DNA from: Octopus vulgaris
Lineage: Eukaryota
Reading direction: 5' to 3'
Assembly: GCA_951406725.2 (NCBI GenBank)
Contig: OX597833.1
Location: 45,198,001-45,262,000 of the forward strand
Length of the DNA: 64,000 nt
Shown piece by piece: positions 38,953 to 53,383 of this stretch. The notes beneath the pieces are model-generated. The model was given only the letters and a program-made list of their open reading frames with translations, did not search any database and was not told the DNA's origin. Numbering within the stretch: the first letter of the stretch is position 1; each line of letters opens with the position of its first letter. The position numbers and the translations under genes are program-made.

Positions 38953-41331
38953 ACCTAAATGTTTAAAAAGTCTTAAACATAAAATCTTTTATATTTTACA
39001 TATTTCAGTTATCGGGCTGCGACCATGCGAAGGCACGCACGGCCTTGAAAGGTTTAGTCGAACAAATCGACTTCATTACTGTTTTTTTTTTTTAAGTCTG
39101 GTGCTTATTGTATCGGTCTCTAATGCCGAACCGCTAAGTAACGGGTACGTAAACAGCGGCTGTGACACACACCTGCGCACGCACACACATACACACATAT
39201 GACGGGCTGCCGGGCAGTTTCCGTCTTCACTCACAAGACGTTTGTCGATCCAGGGTTGTGGTAGAAGACATTCCCCATGATGCCACGCAGAGAGACTGCA
39301 CCCCAAATCATGCGATTTCTAAGATGACTTCTTAACCACACAGCTCAAATATGACCAATACATAATCAGAGAACAGTAGCGCACGATCGTGCACTACTGT
39401 GTAATCACAGAAGATGGCTTTCCTAACTTACTCTATGTGCTCAGAGTGTTATAAGACGCACTTTTTATATTTTAAAATATATCAAAAATATTTCCATTCG
39501 TTTAATGCAGTGGTTCTTAACTTTTCTTGTAGCGCCCCACTTTAAAGTAGTTGTTATGTCTATTGGCGAGTGAAATATCTATTTCTTTACTAGCCACAAG
39601 GGGCTAAACACAGAGAGGACAGACAAACAGATTAAGTCGATTATATCGACCCCAGTGCGTAACTGGTACTTATTTAATCAACCCAGAAAGGATGAAAGGC
39701 AAAGTCGACCTCAGCGGAATTTGAACTCCGAACGTAACGGCAGAAGAAATACGGCGAGTGAAATATCACGACTAAACTAACTTAACATAGATTATAATTT
39801 ATAAAAGGGATTGTATTAGCTTTTAACAGTGAAATGATAAAGAAATTAATACAGACAAAAGTTGTAAATATACTTTATACTTTGCAAGTTAAGGACTTCC
39901 CGGTACCTGCTGAGATCTCATTTTATTTTGATAACCATTGCTGGTTTTATCATGTGTAATATATTTACTACGATAGGTAAAACTTATTTATGTTAATTAT
40001 GTTACCCCACCACCCACTGAAACCTAACGCTTCCTTTCGACAAGCTTAACCTCTGGTCTAATGCGTCTGTATCGCACATGGGAGATCCGAGTGTTGTAGG
40101 CTAGGAAGCCGGATGAGCACTCATTCAATGACCGGGTTATTTATTACATATAGGAAGCTAGTGTATTTTCGTTTTTCTTAACGTATATCGACAGTTATGT
40201 GTAGAGGTCACATCATCTCATTATACTTCCTTCCCCAACATGCATAATCCACACCTGATATGTGTCTTACGTCTTTTAATGATTGTGTTTCCTTTAAGAG
40301 ATATGAAAAGAATGTTGAAAAAATGTTCAAATCACATAAAAGCTGTTCACAATGCGTGGATGACAACAAAATCATAGCTGTGGTGCGTTACACTAATGAC
40401 CGATCGTAGTTGCATAAACCGTTACAACAAGAAATGTGAATTGTACATCTTGTATGGCAATTACCTTGATCAAAATATCAACATCTTTACAGTTGAACTG
40501 AAAGAAAATAAAGTTTCAATACGGTACTTCCATAACGTAGTTTATTTATGATAAATTTATGCTTTCATACTTTATTCCGATATACTGTCACAACATTTTA
40601 TTTACTTGCACAGAATCGTGCGTTTTTCATTACGAAACTATTTCAAAACATCTTTTGTCTTTTCTTCGTTTCATTCATTGAACTGCAGTGATACTAGGGT
40701 ATAAAGGAGCTGTCTGGAACAGGTTGTGTCTTTTACACTGTTTGGGTGCAACACAATTTCCTTCTTTGTTTCCAGAAACTACCAGTCAGGAACAAGAAAG
40801 CAACCTTAAAAAATATGACACTTTATTTTGTTATTTACATAAAGAAGGCACGTTGGTAAATTGGTAACCACTTGGTGTAGGTACAGCAAGACTGAAGTTA
40901 AACACTTGTAAGATAAACCTCACAATAACTCCAGCAGTAACAGAGCCGGTCAAATCCCAAGCGTCTGGGACAGGAGAATAGGCTAATAACACGTTAAACA
41001 CGTCTTCTCTCTTCAACGAACGTCATAGAATCCTTGTCCCCAGTTTTTTAGCGCATGTGCATTAGGGAACTTCCTTAGGCCTTTCCAGAAGGTTCCAGCC
41101 CCGCACACGCACACTGAAGAATGACGTCACTACAAAGGCTACACCTTAAGGTTTAGTAAAACAAATGGACCCAAGTTATTTTCTTTTAAAGCCCCGTACT
41201 TATTCTGATAGATCTTTTTTTTTTTACGGAACCGCTAAGTTACGGGTGCATGAACTAACCAACATCAGTTGTCAAGTCGTGATGGTGGTGGGAGTTGACA
41301 AACACAAAGACACGCGCACGTACGTATAGAC

Positions 41332-41479
41332 CAGTGGTTCCTAACCAGAGGTCTGCAGAGGTAGAACTGAGGGTCCGTGAACATGTTAAGCTAACAGACC
41401 ATTCAATATCCTGGAGTCCCTTGGAATTAAATGAGTTTTCCAAAGGGGTCCTTGGTAGTGAAAAGGTTGGGAACCACTG
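41332..41479. mobile_element. Short hAT MITE inserted in a SINE
   Basis: TIR cagtggttcctaacc / ggttgggaaccactg. Confidence 0.75.
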
Positions 41480-42306
41480 ATATAGTCAATGGGCGTCTTC
41501 CAGTTTTGGATGGCCCAAGGTCTATAAAAGACGCTTGCTTAAGGTACCACTGAATGGGACTGAAGCTGGAACCATATGGTTGAGAGGCTAACTTCTTAAC
41601 ATACAGCTACGCCTGAAGCGTATGACAAAACTCTAAATTTATTTTTTCCACAAAATAAACTTTGTAAAATAGTGGTACGTCTTACATGTAGGCAAAGACG
41701 GTAATTGCCACCATTCGTCACATCTGAAAAATGTTTAATCATTAAAAATTTTTCGTAAGTCTCAGGCATTGGAGTTTAAACTTGGCGGAGCCCATTCTTC
41801 TTCAGGTCTGAACGCATCCGATTTCTTCCAGAAAGAAAGGGAGATATATAAAGACTGAAATAAGGAAGAATGTAGAAGTATTGAACTGGTATTTTTATTA
41901 TCAATACTGGAGCGATGAAATGTGAGGCTGACTTCCGTGGGATTTAAATTCAGAATGCAGAGAGAGGACGAATACTGCAAGGGGTTTCTGTCCGTCATTC
42001 TTACAACTCCTTCAACTCCTCGCCTTACTGATAAAACTATGATTCACTAAAGTGGTTCAACAAGCGCTTGACTGGTGTTTATTTTCTCGATCACAGCAAA
42101 ATTTGAACTCGGAATAGAGCTGGAAGAAGTGTGACCAAGCACTTCGTCCGCTGCGCTAACGTCTCTGCCAGCTCACTGCCTTTAGCTTTCATATAATAAA
42201 TAATTTAGTCAGAAGATGAATTAATCACATGACACAAATACATAATCACTTATTCGTTTAGATTAGTTAGAGATATTTACAGATAATGGCAAGCCAGGTA
42301 CAATGT

Positions 42307-42388
42307 GGTAGCGTGGCCGAGTGGTCTAAGGCGCTGGTTTTAGGCACCAGTCTCTTCGGAGGCGTGGGTTCGAATCCCATCGCTGCCA
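42307..42388 (+). tRNA. tRNA-Leu(TAG), identical to the 37604-37685 copy
   Basis: Same 82-nt sequence; TTTT terminator at ~42396. Confidence 0.97.
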
Positions 42389-43164
42389 GTATAACTTTTA
42401 TTTATATCAGTTATTGTTTGTAGTTGTTGCTTTGTTTTCTGTTGCTGACTATGGACGTTTTTTTCTCTCTCTTGAAATTATATTTTGTGTTGAAAGCCTA
42501 GATTGACTAACTGAATCGAGTATCTTGCTAAGTGGTATGTGAGGGGACATGTGTACTGAATTGTAGAGTTGTGGGTTTCGATTTCTAGACTCTGAGTCTA
42601 TGTAATTTGAGTAAGTTTGGTCTATAATATATATATATAGTTGGGTAGGCCGGTTTATGGGGTTACCCTGGGTTTCTCACTCATAAGGGGTTTACCTTTA
42701 CAGCATATCTTCAGACCCCAAACACTGCTGGCCTGAAATTTTTTTTAAATATGGAGGAGAAAAAGTTTCGTTTTTAAGGGTAAGACCCTTCGCCCTTGTC
42801 CCTTGATCTTCGGCTGCGCTGCCATCAAGTATATATATTTATTTATACTTGATTGTTTATCATCTGAAAATTTTTGAGTCTACCTTCTCTTTTTACATGT
42901 TTAGCTGGGAGGTTGTGTCTCTGGCCCTTTTACTACAAATTTTTGCTTCTCACAAGTTGCATATTAAATGATGGAATTATCCATTCGGATCTAGTCTATT
43001 TCATTCGCAAAATGAGCCCCCTTTAATTTTGCTCAGATTGCTTTCAGTTTTGGTGTGTCGATGCAACTTTGAATTTTGATTACGATCAACTAATTACTTT
43101 AACTTGTAAGTTGAAGAATCTGATGTTATTCGGAATTAAAGTTGGGAAATTTGGATAATTTTAG

Positions 43165-43210
43165 CCAATCAACAGACAGCGAGGCATTAACAGCTTGTTA
43201 CCATGACAAC
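43165..43210 (+). promoter_or_regulatory. CCAAT box (43165-43169) plus RFX X-box GTTACCATGACAAC (43197-43210); likely promoter of the plus-strand gene
   Basis: tagCCAATca NF-Y-type context and a 14-bp near-palindromic X-box, in CpG-retaining unique sequence. Confidence 0.6.
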
Positions 43211-43804
43211 CGCACATTGTGTTGTGTTTTACCTGCATGTTGTGTTGATTCTTCAAACCACGAGATTTACTAAACCCGCGTTTTGTTTAAATAAAAATTT
43301 ATATTTATCAATTAGAATTTTATAATAGATATTTTTTGTCAATTGTCTTAATATTTTTCATATATAGCAAATGTTATTTGTGATGTTTATACAGTTTCTT
43401 GGCATTGTGAAGGTGAATGGAATATGTGAACTTAGTACAAATAATTTGACATTTTTGAATTCTGCATGCAAAAACATATAAGATACAGGTATTCTTTTTC
43501 TTGGGACAAATTCTCTGTTGACCAGTGTTATTCTTATCGTAGTTTACAACTCCAAGCATGAAAGCATTACTCAACTTTGAAGTTTTGGAGACAGACGCCC
43601 CCTTTTCACACATACACACGCACTTATATATTAATGATGTACACAAATACATGACCGGTATACATAATACTGAAATACTCATAAAGTAAACACATGCAGA
43701 CAAATATATTAATATAACAAATTGAAAAAAGTAATAATAAAAGCATACAATCAATGAAGAGACAAAAGAAACAGTAAGATGATACATCGTAATTTTATTA
43801 GGTA

Positions 43805-44204
43805 CTAGCAGTATCGCCCGGCGTTGCTCGGGTTTGTAAGGGAAATAACTATATAAGCATTTTTAGAGAGTTATAGCCAAAAAATAGCAAAAAAAATGCA
43901 TTAAAAATGGAAAAAAAATTATGGTAAATTTTTTTTAAAATCATTGACTCATCGTAGACATTTTTAGAGAGTTACTTCCCTTATATAATAGCGAAAATAA
44001 TGCATTAAAATGGAAAAAAATGATGGTAAATTTTTTTTTAAATCGTAGACTCATCGTAGACGCGCGCAAATACCCAGAAGGGCTCGATATGAATCACGAC
44101 TATAAGATACCTGGTTTTGGTTAAACTGCACCGCAAAATGTGGGAGTAGTTTGGAATCTAAATCGTAGGAGACAGACACACAACTTGACTTTTATATATA
44201 AAGA
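43805..44204 (-). mobile_element. Non-autonomous Helitron (same family as 20213-20518)
   Basis: TC...hairpin cccgagcaacgccggg...CTAG; A|T target; internal tandem duplication. Confidence 0.85.
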
Positions 44205-45524
44205 TTTCTGTTTATTTAGAAACTTACAACGAAGATGCCAAACTATAAATTCCACAGGGTACAACCTTAAAGTTGACACCGCTCCATTAAACGCAGAAAA
44301 TTTCTATCTCGCTATTGGCTAAAAATACAGTTTTTGCAATTTTTAAACCTCTGTAACTTTTTCCTCCACAACATCATACCTTTATAGCAATTAGACTGGA
44401 AAATTATACTATTATAGCCGATTTTCAGGTTTTTTACTGCCTTTTAAAAAATGCATATTTTGTGAATGAAAAAAAACTAGATCTCTTTATTCTTCAGCTA
44501 AATAAAATTATACAACAAACCAGATAAATACATCACAAACAAAATATGAACTGTAGAAAATCATTCATAGCTGGCCTTTCAAATTCAGTTGGACATGGTT
44601 ACACATGCTTCAACAAGAACAGAAATAACATAACGTGGCTTTCTGAAAACAAACTCTTCCCTCGCCTGCTATGTCTCACCTCATCAGTGAAAATGAAAAA
44701 TATCATGCTATTACAGTTCTATATTTAAGAGATGAGGAATTATGTACAATGTTTACATCTGGTGGATATTTGTCCTCATCTTGTTTGTTGTTAACACAAC
44801 ATTTCATGCTATTAATTGACAAAATGTGGCGTAGGCTAACATTTCTAATTTGCCGCGCCTCGTGGTCTATTGCACAATGTGATTGGATACGCACTTTATC
44901 TCCCGCGTAAAACTAGACCAATCCAAATGCTTGACTTGACAAAATACTTCAACGTCACATGATAAGTGGTAGCATGACCAATCATTAGAGACTTACGCCT
45001 GGAGCCGATTTCCAAGTACTTATATCATCATCATCATCATTTAACGTCCGTTCTCCATGCTAGCATGGGTTGGATGGTTCGACCGGGGATCTGGGAAGCC
45101 AGAAGGCTGCACCAGGCTCCAGTCTGATCTGGCAGTGTTTCTACAGCTGGATGCCCTTCCTAACACCAACCACTCCGAGAGTGTGGTGGGTGCTTTTTAC
45201 GTGCCACCAGCACAGGTGCCAGGCGAGGCTGGCAACGGCCACGATCTAAACATGTAATTATAAAATTAGTCTCACTACACATGTATACATGAGTATATAT
45301 TTTGTACATTTAAATTAAGGTTTTATCTGTTTATTTGAATCATCGTCTCATTGTCTCCATATCTTGTCACTTGAATTCCCCTTATAGCTACTCTTTACCC
45401 TGCTGACTTGGTTGTCAGTGAAGATATCAGAGTGTAAGTTCAAATCATTTGAGTGCTACAAGTGCTTTCTATACTGAAATTCTCTCGCTCTGTCTGTTGA
45501 CTCTGAGTGAAAGAACTTGTTTAA

Positions 45525-45743
45525 CCCTTTAGTGTTCAGATTATTCCATCAAACATAATGCCTATTGATTCCCATTGATTTGAATTAATCATGCATTATC
45601 TCATATCTTCAAGATCTTGATGGTGTAATTACATAATGTAGAATAACATTGTAGGGTAGGTGTGAGAGCCTGGATCTGGTCAGTTTGAATATAAAGCAGA
45701 TGAAATATTTTGGCCGGATATGGCCGGTTTAAATACTAAAGGG
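45525..45743. mobile_element. TTAA-flanked MITE (piggyBac-like)
   Basis: TTAA|ccctttagt...actaaaggg|TTAA; sister copy in opposite orientation at 51786-52000. Confidence 0.75.
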
Positions 45744-46228
45744 TTAAATGAGAATATAAAAAAAGGAGAAAGCAAAGTCTTCAGTGTGAGTAAGTGGTTT
45801 GTGGAGTCGACCGCTTCCTCCACTTCATTTTTTTGTAAATCACTCATTCTCATTTAATTGTATACATTTTAATTGTTTGTTTATTCATACGTTTCATCTC
45901 ATTCGATTCCCTGACCCCAATGTTTGTTTTGTCTGTCCTCGTATTGTCCCCTCTTTTCCTCAACCTTATGATGAATAAAAAAATTCTCTGTCTCTCTTTG
46001 TCTCTCTCTTTCTCACTGCCTGTCTGTCTGTCTCTCTCTATATATATGTGTGTGTGGATGTGTGTGTATATGCACACAGCACATACAGTTGGGCTTGTAT
46101 TTATTGAGTAACAGTTTGAGTTAGCCCCCGTGTTAACGAAAGTTTTGTAGATGTGGGAAAAAAATTATATATATATACACACACAGACACATGCATTCAT
46201 ATGTACATACACACATACATATATGCAT

Positions 46229-46259
<31 letters not shown>

Positions 46260-47538
46260 TACACAAAGAGAGAGTTCTAAAACTCTGAATGATTAGAGTA
46301 AAGTTTATTTGCCAACGTAAAGTGGCAAGCCTGTTTAGGATGAACATTACTGCTATTTAGCCCCAGGAAAACATCTCCAGCTGGCTATCGACACACTAAC
46401 TGCGTCCTTATATTTTCGAACAAGGGATGGTGTGAGACAACACAGACACAAACACACACACACACACATACACACACATACACACATATCAGTTTTCTTT
46501 TAGTTTCTGTCTACCAGATCCACTCACAAGGCTTTGATCAACCCACGACTATAGTAGAAGACACTTGCTCAAGGTCCCATGCAGTAGGACTGAACCACAA
46601 ATCATGTGGTTGGGAAGCAAACTTCTTACCACACGGCCACACCTGTCAATAAAAGGAAAGAAAACAATGTCGCAACAAATGACACAAAAGAGTATTTATG
46701 CCAAGCGAGCTAGTTTGTGTGTGTATCCATGAGAGTAAGTCAGTAATGACAATAACTGTGATTGGTTCAAGTTCTTGCAATAAGTTGTCTTAAACTGTGT
46801 CATGACAACTTACTAGTTACTGGGTACACCATCTATGTATAGCCATGGTCAGTCAAAGAAAAGACACCAAAGACAAAATCATTAATGACAATCCCATATG
46901 TCGTTCATTCACAAATGAGATCTAATGAGCTAGGCATCTGTTCTATTGTTTTCACTGGTCAACTATCTGCTGATAAGAAAATAAAACAAGCTCTTGATGT
47001 GTCAACCAGAGATTTGACTGGGTAATTTTTTGTTGATGTCATCAATTCTTGACAGAATTCTGTTTGTTGGTTATCATTATTTCCCCATCTGAACACAGTG
47101 GTTTTGGGTTCAATTCCTAGGCTGTAAGTTAATGTTTAGGACTCTGCTATTATTTCTATTATAGTGCCTCACAGTAGGATCAAACTTGGAAAGCTTATGG
47201 TTGCAAAGCAAATTTCTTAATCCCTCATCTATTCTTGCAATGTTGAGTTTTTATTTATAACTGTTGATTGACATTTTGTCTTTGGGATTAGTTGTTAGGT
47301 TTTAATCAATGGCTGGCAGTGAGTACTGAAGGAGTAGGATGCGACAGACATAATACAATAAACTTGATGATAATTACATCAGTTCAATGTGGTATGTTGT
47401 GCTGACAATGTATTGTGTACCTTGACATTGTTGAAAACATGAACTACATGGAGATTATAGCACATTCAGAATCTACACCTCCTCCCTTTCTCTCTCTGTG
47501 TCTTTCTGTCTCTGTCTCCTGCACTCCCCCCTCCCCCC

Positions 47539-47578
<40 letters not shown>

Positions 47579-48717
47579 TCTCCACTCCTCCCTCCCTCAT
47601 TCTCCATTTCTTTCCTTCTTGTTTAGATCTGTCAGGTCTGCTTGAACTGGAATCTACTTTTGAATTTTTGTATGAACTGGTAAAAATAGAATCACAATAA
47701 ATCAATAACCATTGAAAAAGACTATAGAAACATAGATATTAGCAGAGTTACTTACTTTTTTTATTCTTTTATTTGTTTCAGTCATTTGACACTGCGGCCA
47801 TGCTGGAGCACCACCGTTAGTCGAGCAAATCGATCCCAGGACCTGTTCTTTGCAAGCCTAGTACTTATTCTATCGGTCTCTCTTGCCGAACCGCCAAGTG
47901 ACAGGGACGTAAATACACCACAGTCGGTTGTCAAGCGATGTTGGGGGGACAAACACAGACACACATACATATACACACACATACATATATATACATATAT
48001 ACGACGAGCTTCTTTCACTTTCCATCTACCAAATCCACTCACAAGGCTTTGGTCGGCCCAAGGCTATAGTAGAAGACACTTGCCCAAAGTGCCACGCAGT
48101 GGGACTGAACCCGGAACCATGTGGTTTGTAAGCAAGCAACTTACCACACAGCCACTCCTGTGCCTATTTACTTATTTTTGTTTGTTTGTGTGTGTGTATG
48201 TGTGTGTGTATGTGTGTGTATGTGTATTTGTGTGTGTATGTATATATATGTGTGTGTGTGTGTAGATATATATATGTATACACACACACACATATAAATT
48301 TTGCTAAATTTGGATATATATTCCCCCCCCCCTGCACACTTAATGCCTGCTCAGATCTCATTGTGACCTTCTTTGTTTTCTATTTTAGGCCCCTTTTAAT
48401 TGATAATCACAATATAGTTTAAGTCACCCCTGTCCTTCCTCATTCTGGTTATCACCTATATACCATTATCTTGCTAGCATCATCTGAGGCATATTCTTTT
48501 ATGTGGACATGGTGAATTTATAGTCACAGTAAAATACGGGCGGGGGAAGAGTATTTGACATTAATTAATTTATCACCAGTAAGAACTTGCTAAAATTATA
48601 ATGGAGTTTCCTGAGTGTTGCAAACCTGTATGGTCTCATGCATCCGAGGAAAGTGGTTACTTCAAATTAATGCTTGCATTGATCAATTAAATGGAGCCGC
48701 TTGAAATGGCTATAATG

Positions 48718-49142
48718 GGATCTTTTCGGTTTGAACGGCAGTTTTTTCTAGCAGTGTCATATGAAATTGTCACCCATAATTATGACCCTAGTATCGATCT
48801 ATTGCATTTCAATCCGTTTTAGGGTTAGGGTTAGGGTTAGGGGTGGGGGAAGGGTATCTTTTTTCTTCAGAAATGTAAATAAACCCAATCTGTTTCTTAA
48901 ACGAGGGACATATTCATATGGCACAGAATGTTTTCACCTCAATAGACGTCATTGATTAGTTGAAATTGCAGAAATTGAAGAAAAAAAAAAACAACAAATA
49001 TCTTACAAACTATAAGAATTTTCTCAATAAAGCCAAGAGAAAAAGATGTTTTATAAACACATTCTACCAGTATACGAAGTTTAAAAGTGTTTAGTTACGT
49101 GGAAATTATTTTTAAAAACTGCCATTCAAACCGAAAAGATCC
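48718..49142. mobile_element. Merlin-like MITE with internal (TTAGGG)4
   Basis: TIR ggatcttttcggtttgaacggcag; 8-bp TSD ctataatg. Confidence 0.85.
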
Positions 49143-49777
49143 CTATAATGCACTAATATCTGGACATCCTTAATACTTATTTGCTTGGTGTATTATATGT
49201 CTTATTTTATATTAATGATTTTTTAAAATATCTACTTTTCCAAGCTTGTATGGGTCAGACAGGGTTCATTATGGGTGATTTTCCATAGCCTGTTGCTCCC
49301 TTTTGTCACCTGCCTGCCAAGGCGTAGAAGTGGCTGTGTGGTAAGTAGCTTGCTTATGAACCACATGGTTCTGGGTTCAGTTCCACTGTGTGGCATCTTG
49401 GGCAAGTGTCTTCTACTATAGCCTCGGGCCGACCAAAGCCTTGAGAGTGGATTTGGTAGACAGAAACTGAAAGAACCCCATCGTATATATGTATATATAT
49501 ATGTGTGTGTATATGTTTGTGTGTCTGTGTTTGTCCCCCCAGCATTGCTTGACAACCAATGCTGATGTGTTTATGTACCCGTAATTTGGTTTGGCAAAAG
49601 AGACTGATAGAATAAGTACTAGGCTTACAAAGAATAAGTCCTGGGGTTGATTTGCTCGACTAAAGGCGGTGCTCCAGCATGGCCATAGTCAAATGACTGA
49701 AACAAGTAAAAGAGTAAAAAGTGTACATATGATATCATCAGTGTTTGTGGTTGATCTAGTAGTACAAGAGTACTTGG

Positions 49778-50145
49778 AGGCGCAATGGTCCAGTGGTTAG
49801 GGCAGCGGACTCGCGGTCATAGGATCGCGGTTTCGATTCCCAGACCGGGCGTTGTGAGTGTTATTGAGCGAAAACACCTAAAAGCTCCACGAGGTTCCGG
49901 CAGGGGATGGTGGTGATCCCTGCTGTACTCTTTCACCACAACTTACTTCCTGTTTCTGTTGTACCTGTATTTCAAGGGGCCGGCCTTGTCACTCTCTGTG
50001 TCATGCTGAATATCCCTGAGAACCACGTTAAGGGTGCACGTGTCTGTGGAGTGCTCAGCCACTTACACATTAATTTCACGAGCAGGCTGTTCCATTGATT
50101 CGGATCAACCGGAACCCTCATCATCGTAACCGACGGAGTGCTTCT
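49778..50145 (+). mobile_element. tRNA-derived SINE (family C)
   Basis: Head ggcgcaatggtccagtggttagggcagcggactc..ggtttcgattccc; related minus-strand copy at ~63490-63686. Confidence 0.8.
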
Positions 50146-51714
50146 CTTTACAAGAGTACTTGTGTTAGTTTTTGGATACGAAGATTAGTGTTTCCATATA
50201 ACATAAAAAATATAAAGACTAATAAAACCATTTATTTACTGTATAGAATTATGCTGACATAATGATCTTGACATACTAAAAGAAAAAAATAACTTATTAC
50301 AGCTACAGCAGTATGGTGCCCTTAAAACTTATTGAGTTTTATGACGTTCGCCTCACCATTTCCTCAAAATTAAATTTAGACCTATGACTAAACAACACAC
50401 ACAAAATACCCCAACAAAACTATTGAAAGAGATACTTTGATATTATGGGTGGGTCAGGAATTTCTTAAATGCTATGAAATATTGATACATAATGAGTAGA
50501 AATGACTAAAAAAAAAAAGAAGATATTGTCTATATCTTCTTTTTTGGCGGTGAGCTGGCAGAATTGTTAGCACGCCGGGCAAAATGCTTTGCAGTATTTC
50601 GTCTGCTGCTACGCTCTGAGTTCAAATTCTGCCGAGGTTGACTTTGCCTTTCATCCTTTTGGGCTCGATAAATTAAGTACCAATTGCGTACTTGGGATTG
50701 ATTTAATTGACTGGCTCCCTCCCCAAAAAATTCAACGGCGGTGCATCAGCATGGCCACAGCTCTGAGCTGAAACAAGAAAAAAAAAAAAATAGATGCAGA
50801 CAATATGTGCTTAGACGGACCAAATGCCTAAAATCCAATGTTAAATGAAGAGAGATAGAATCCAGGTAGATAAGAGTTGGCTATAAGTGCTGTACTGGAA
50901 AATAAAACTCTGAATTGGTCTTTCATGGAATGTATTTACAAGAAAGGATAACAGATGGGATAGGAAATTGATAAGGTGGACACCACATCCCGAAAATAGG
51001 AGAAGGAGGAGACCATGCAGAAGGTTAGAATGCAAACTGTTAAATATCAGATGATGGAGGGTGGAGAGAACATGCTGAGGCCTTTGTCCAGCAGTGGACT
51101 GAACGTGCACAAAGATGATCTGAGATGAACCACTATGCAGCACTACTCAGATTCTTTTCTTTTGTCTGTGACATGAAAATATGAACTTAGGATATCTGCT
51201 TACTTATAAGGAATTGCTCTGAACTCTTGCTTTTCTGCTTTTCCTGTTTTTCTGCTTAATTTTTGTTTATATTCTTTATACCCACTTCAGTTTAACTATT
51301 TTATAAACCATTTGATACAATTTCCAACCTGCTGTCCATCATTTATTGTATTATACTTAGGAAATGTTAATTAATGATTTTTACAAGGCATTTCTTATAT
51401 TTTTATAGTTTATAGAAGTGTCTCAGTTGAAGTCAAGGAATTAATATTGAAAATCAAGCACTATTTTGGAAAGACAGTAAGATTTGTTAAGTTTTACATT
51501 TATTTTTTACCTTCTTGCATTTGAATATTTGTTTCGGAAATATTATTTCCTGAGCTACAAAAGAGAGTTTGATGGGAATTAATTTGAAATTCCTATGGAA
51601 GCGATAAATATAAACATATAAAAATGTAAAATCAGAGAGTAGTTTACTTGTGACTGGAAGAATGGTTAGGCATTTAAAAGACATTAGCTTATGTGTGCTA
51701 ATGGTTACAGGCTT

Positions 51715-51760
<46 letters not shown>

Positions 51761-52098
51761 AGTGGGGGTTGTTATTAAGCTTTAACTCTTTAGTATTTAA
51801 ACCATATCCAGCCAAAATAGCTAATCTGTTTTATGTTCAAACTGACCAGATCCAGGCTCTCACACCTACCCTACAATGTTATTCTACATTAAGTAATTAC
51901 ACCATCAAGCTCTTGAAGATATGAGATAATGCATGATTAATTCAAATCAATGGGAATCAATAGGCATTATGTTTGATTGAATAATCTGAACGCTAAAGGG
52001 TTAATAATACATAGCAACTCCTAGGAGGCTGTCAACTATCAAAACTTATACTGAATCTGGTAGTTAATTTCAATGGTTGCTTTCTCTTTTCTCTTCAG

Positions 52099-52235
52099 AT
52101 TAACTCTATGCCACTAAACCACAAGCAAAACTCACATTCTGCAATGACTGTTGTAGCTAACCAACCGATGAAAGATAACAGGAAGAGGCTTCAATCACTT
52201 GCCAATCAAGCGAACACCCAAAAAACTGTTCAGAA
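52099..52235 (+). CDS. Predicted exon of a CCDC66-like gene
   Basis: tttctcttttctcttcag| acceptor; open frame INSMPLNHKQ...NTQKTVQ; donor gtaggg, phase 2. The start may be the ATG at 52108 or lie in an upstream exon (candidate ~48524-48578). Confidence 0.6.
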
Positions 52236-53383
52236 GTAGGGGTGACTTTTTCATTTCTCCTTCCTGTGACTCAAGGGCATACCCTGAAACATCTTTACTA
52301 CCATCTTCTCCTTTTTCTAATTAGAGTAGCCATGCATTTCCTCTACTGCAAAGATATCTGTCCCTGCTCCTCTGTCTTATTCTAACCTCCCTCTCTCTCT
52401 CTCTCTCATCATCAGATACAAAGCCACCTCCCTCATTACTGCACCCATCTCAGTTGAAGGGTGTTGCCTTGCAAGTTACTTGGTGACCTCACATGTGCTG
52501 GTGCCACATAAAAAGCACTTAGTATGCTCTGTAAAGTGGTTGGCATTAGGAATGGCATCCAGCCATGGAAACCATGCTACAGCAGAAATTGTTCAGTTTT
52601 CTGGCTTGCCAGCTCCTGCTAAACTGTCTAGCCCATACCAGTATGGAAAATAGATATTAAATGATAATGCCCATGCTGCTTCTGCTGCTGCTGCTGCTAC
52701 TGCCGCTGCCGATTATGATGATGATGAGACATGTTCTTCTTATTTATTTTTTTCCATGCAATGTTTTTTTTGTTTTTTTTTTAGATAATCATGAATTCTG
52801 CCTTCTTGGTGACCTAGTTTATCAATGATCTTCATATCCTTTAGGTCCACCACCTCCTTGGCTATATACCTTATTCCCAGTGCCTCCTACTGTACAGTAT
52901 TACCGAAAGAATAGGCTACAATATGGAAAATACAGAGGCAATTTTAGAAAGGTGATAATAGAATTCAGTGTTACCTTAGGACAGCTTGTTTTCATAACCC
53001 AATAGTCACTGCAGAATATCAGCTCCCATTTAAGAAACCACTGCTATGGATGAAACATTTATAGAATTTTCAAGGGAGAATAAACAGAAGCAAGTTCTTA
53101 CTTTTTCCAGATTCATAAGGATATTAGGACTCACCACAGTAAACTAATCACCTTTACTGCATTTCTTTGACTTTCACTCTCGTCTGTATCTATTGTACTT
53201 CTTGGTTTATACACATGTAAGTGGACTGGAAGCAGCAAGTATTGAATGCTTTGGCTTGGAATATTCCACGGTGCAAATGACGGGTTATGAATCATCAGTT
53301 TTGTGTCTGAGAGTTGATAACTTGATATCTGTGAGTGTGGTATAGACTGTACTCCAAATCAAGAACAAATGTATGATTTAGAG

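Noticed and set aside
40079-40102. 5S rRNA gene
   Set aside because: Only ~24 nt of weak similarity to the 3' end; not called as a feature.
48819-48842. Telomere or chromosome-fusion scar
   Set aside because: Only four units, and internal to a MITE.
49778-49850. Possible tRNA gene
   Set aside because: tRNA-like SINE head continuing into a SINE body; no intact cloverleaf or terminator.
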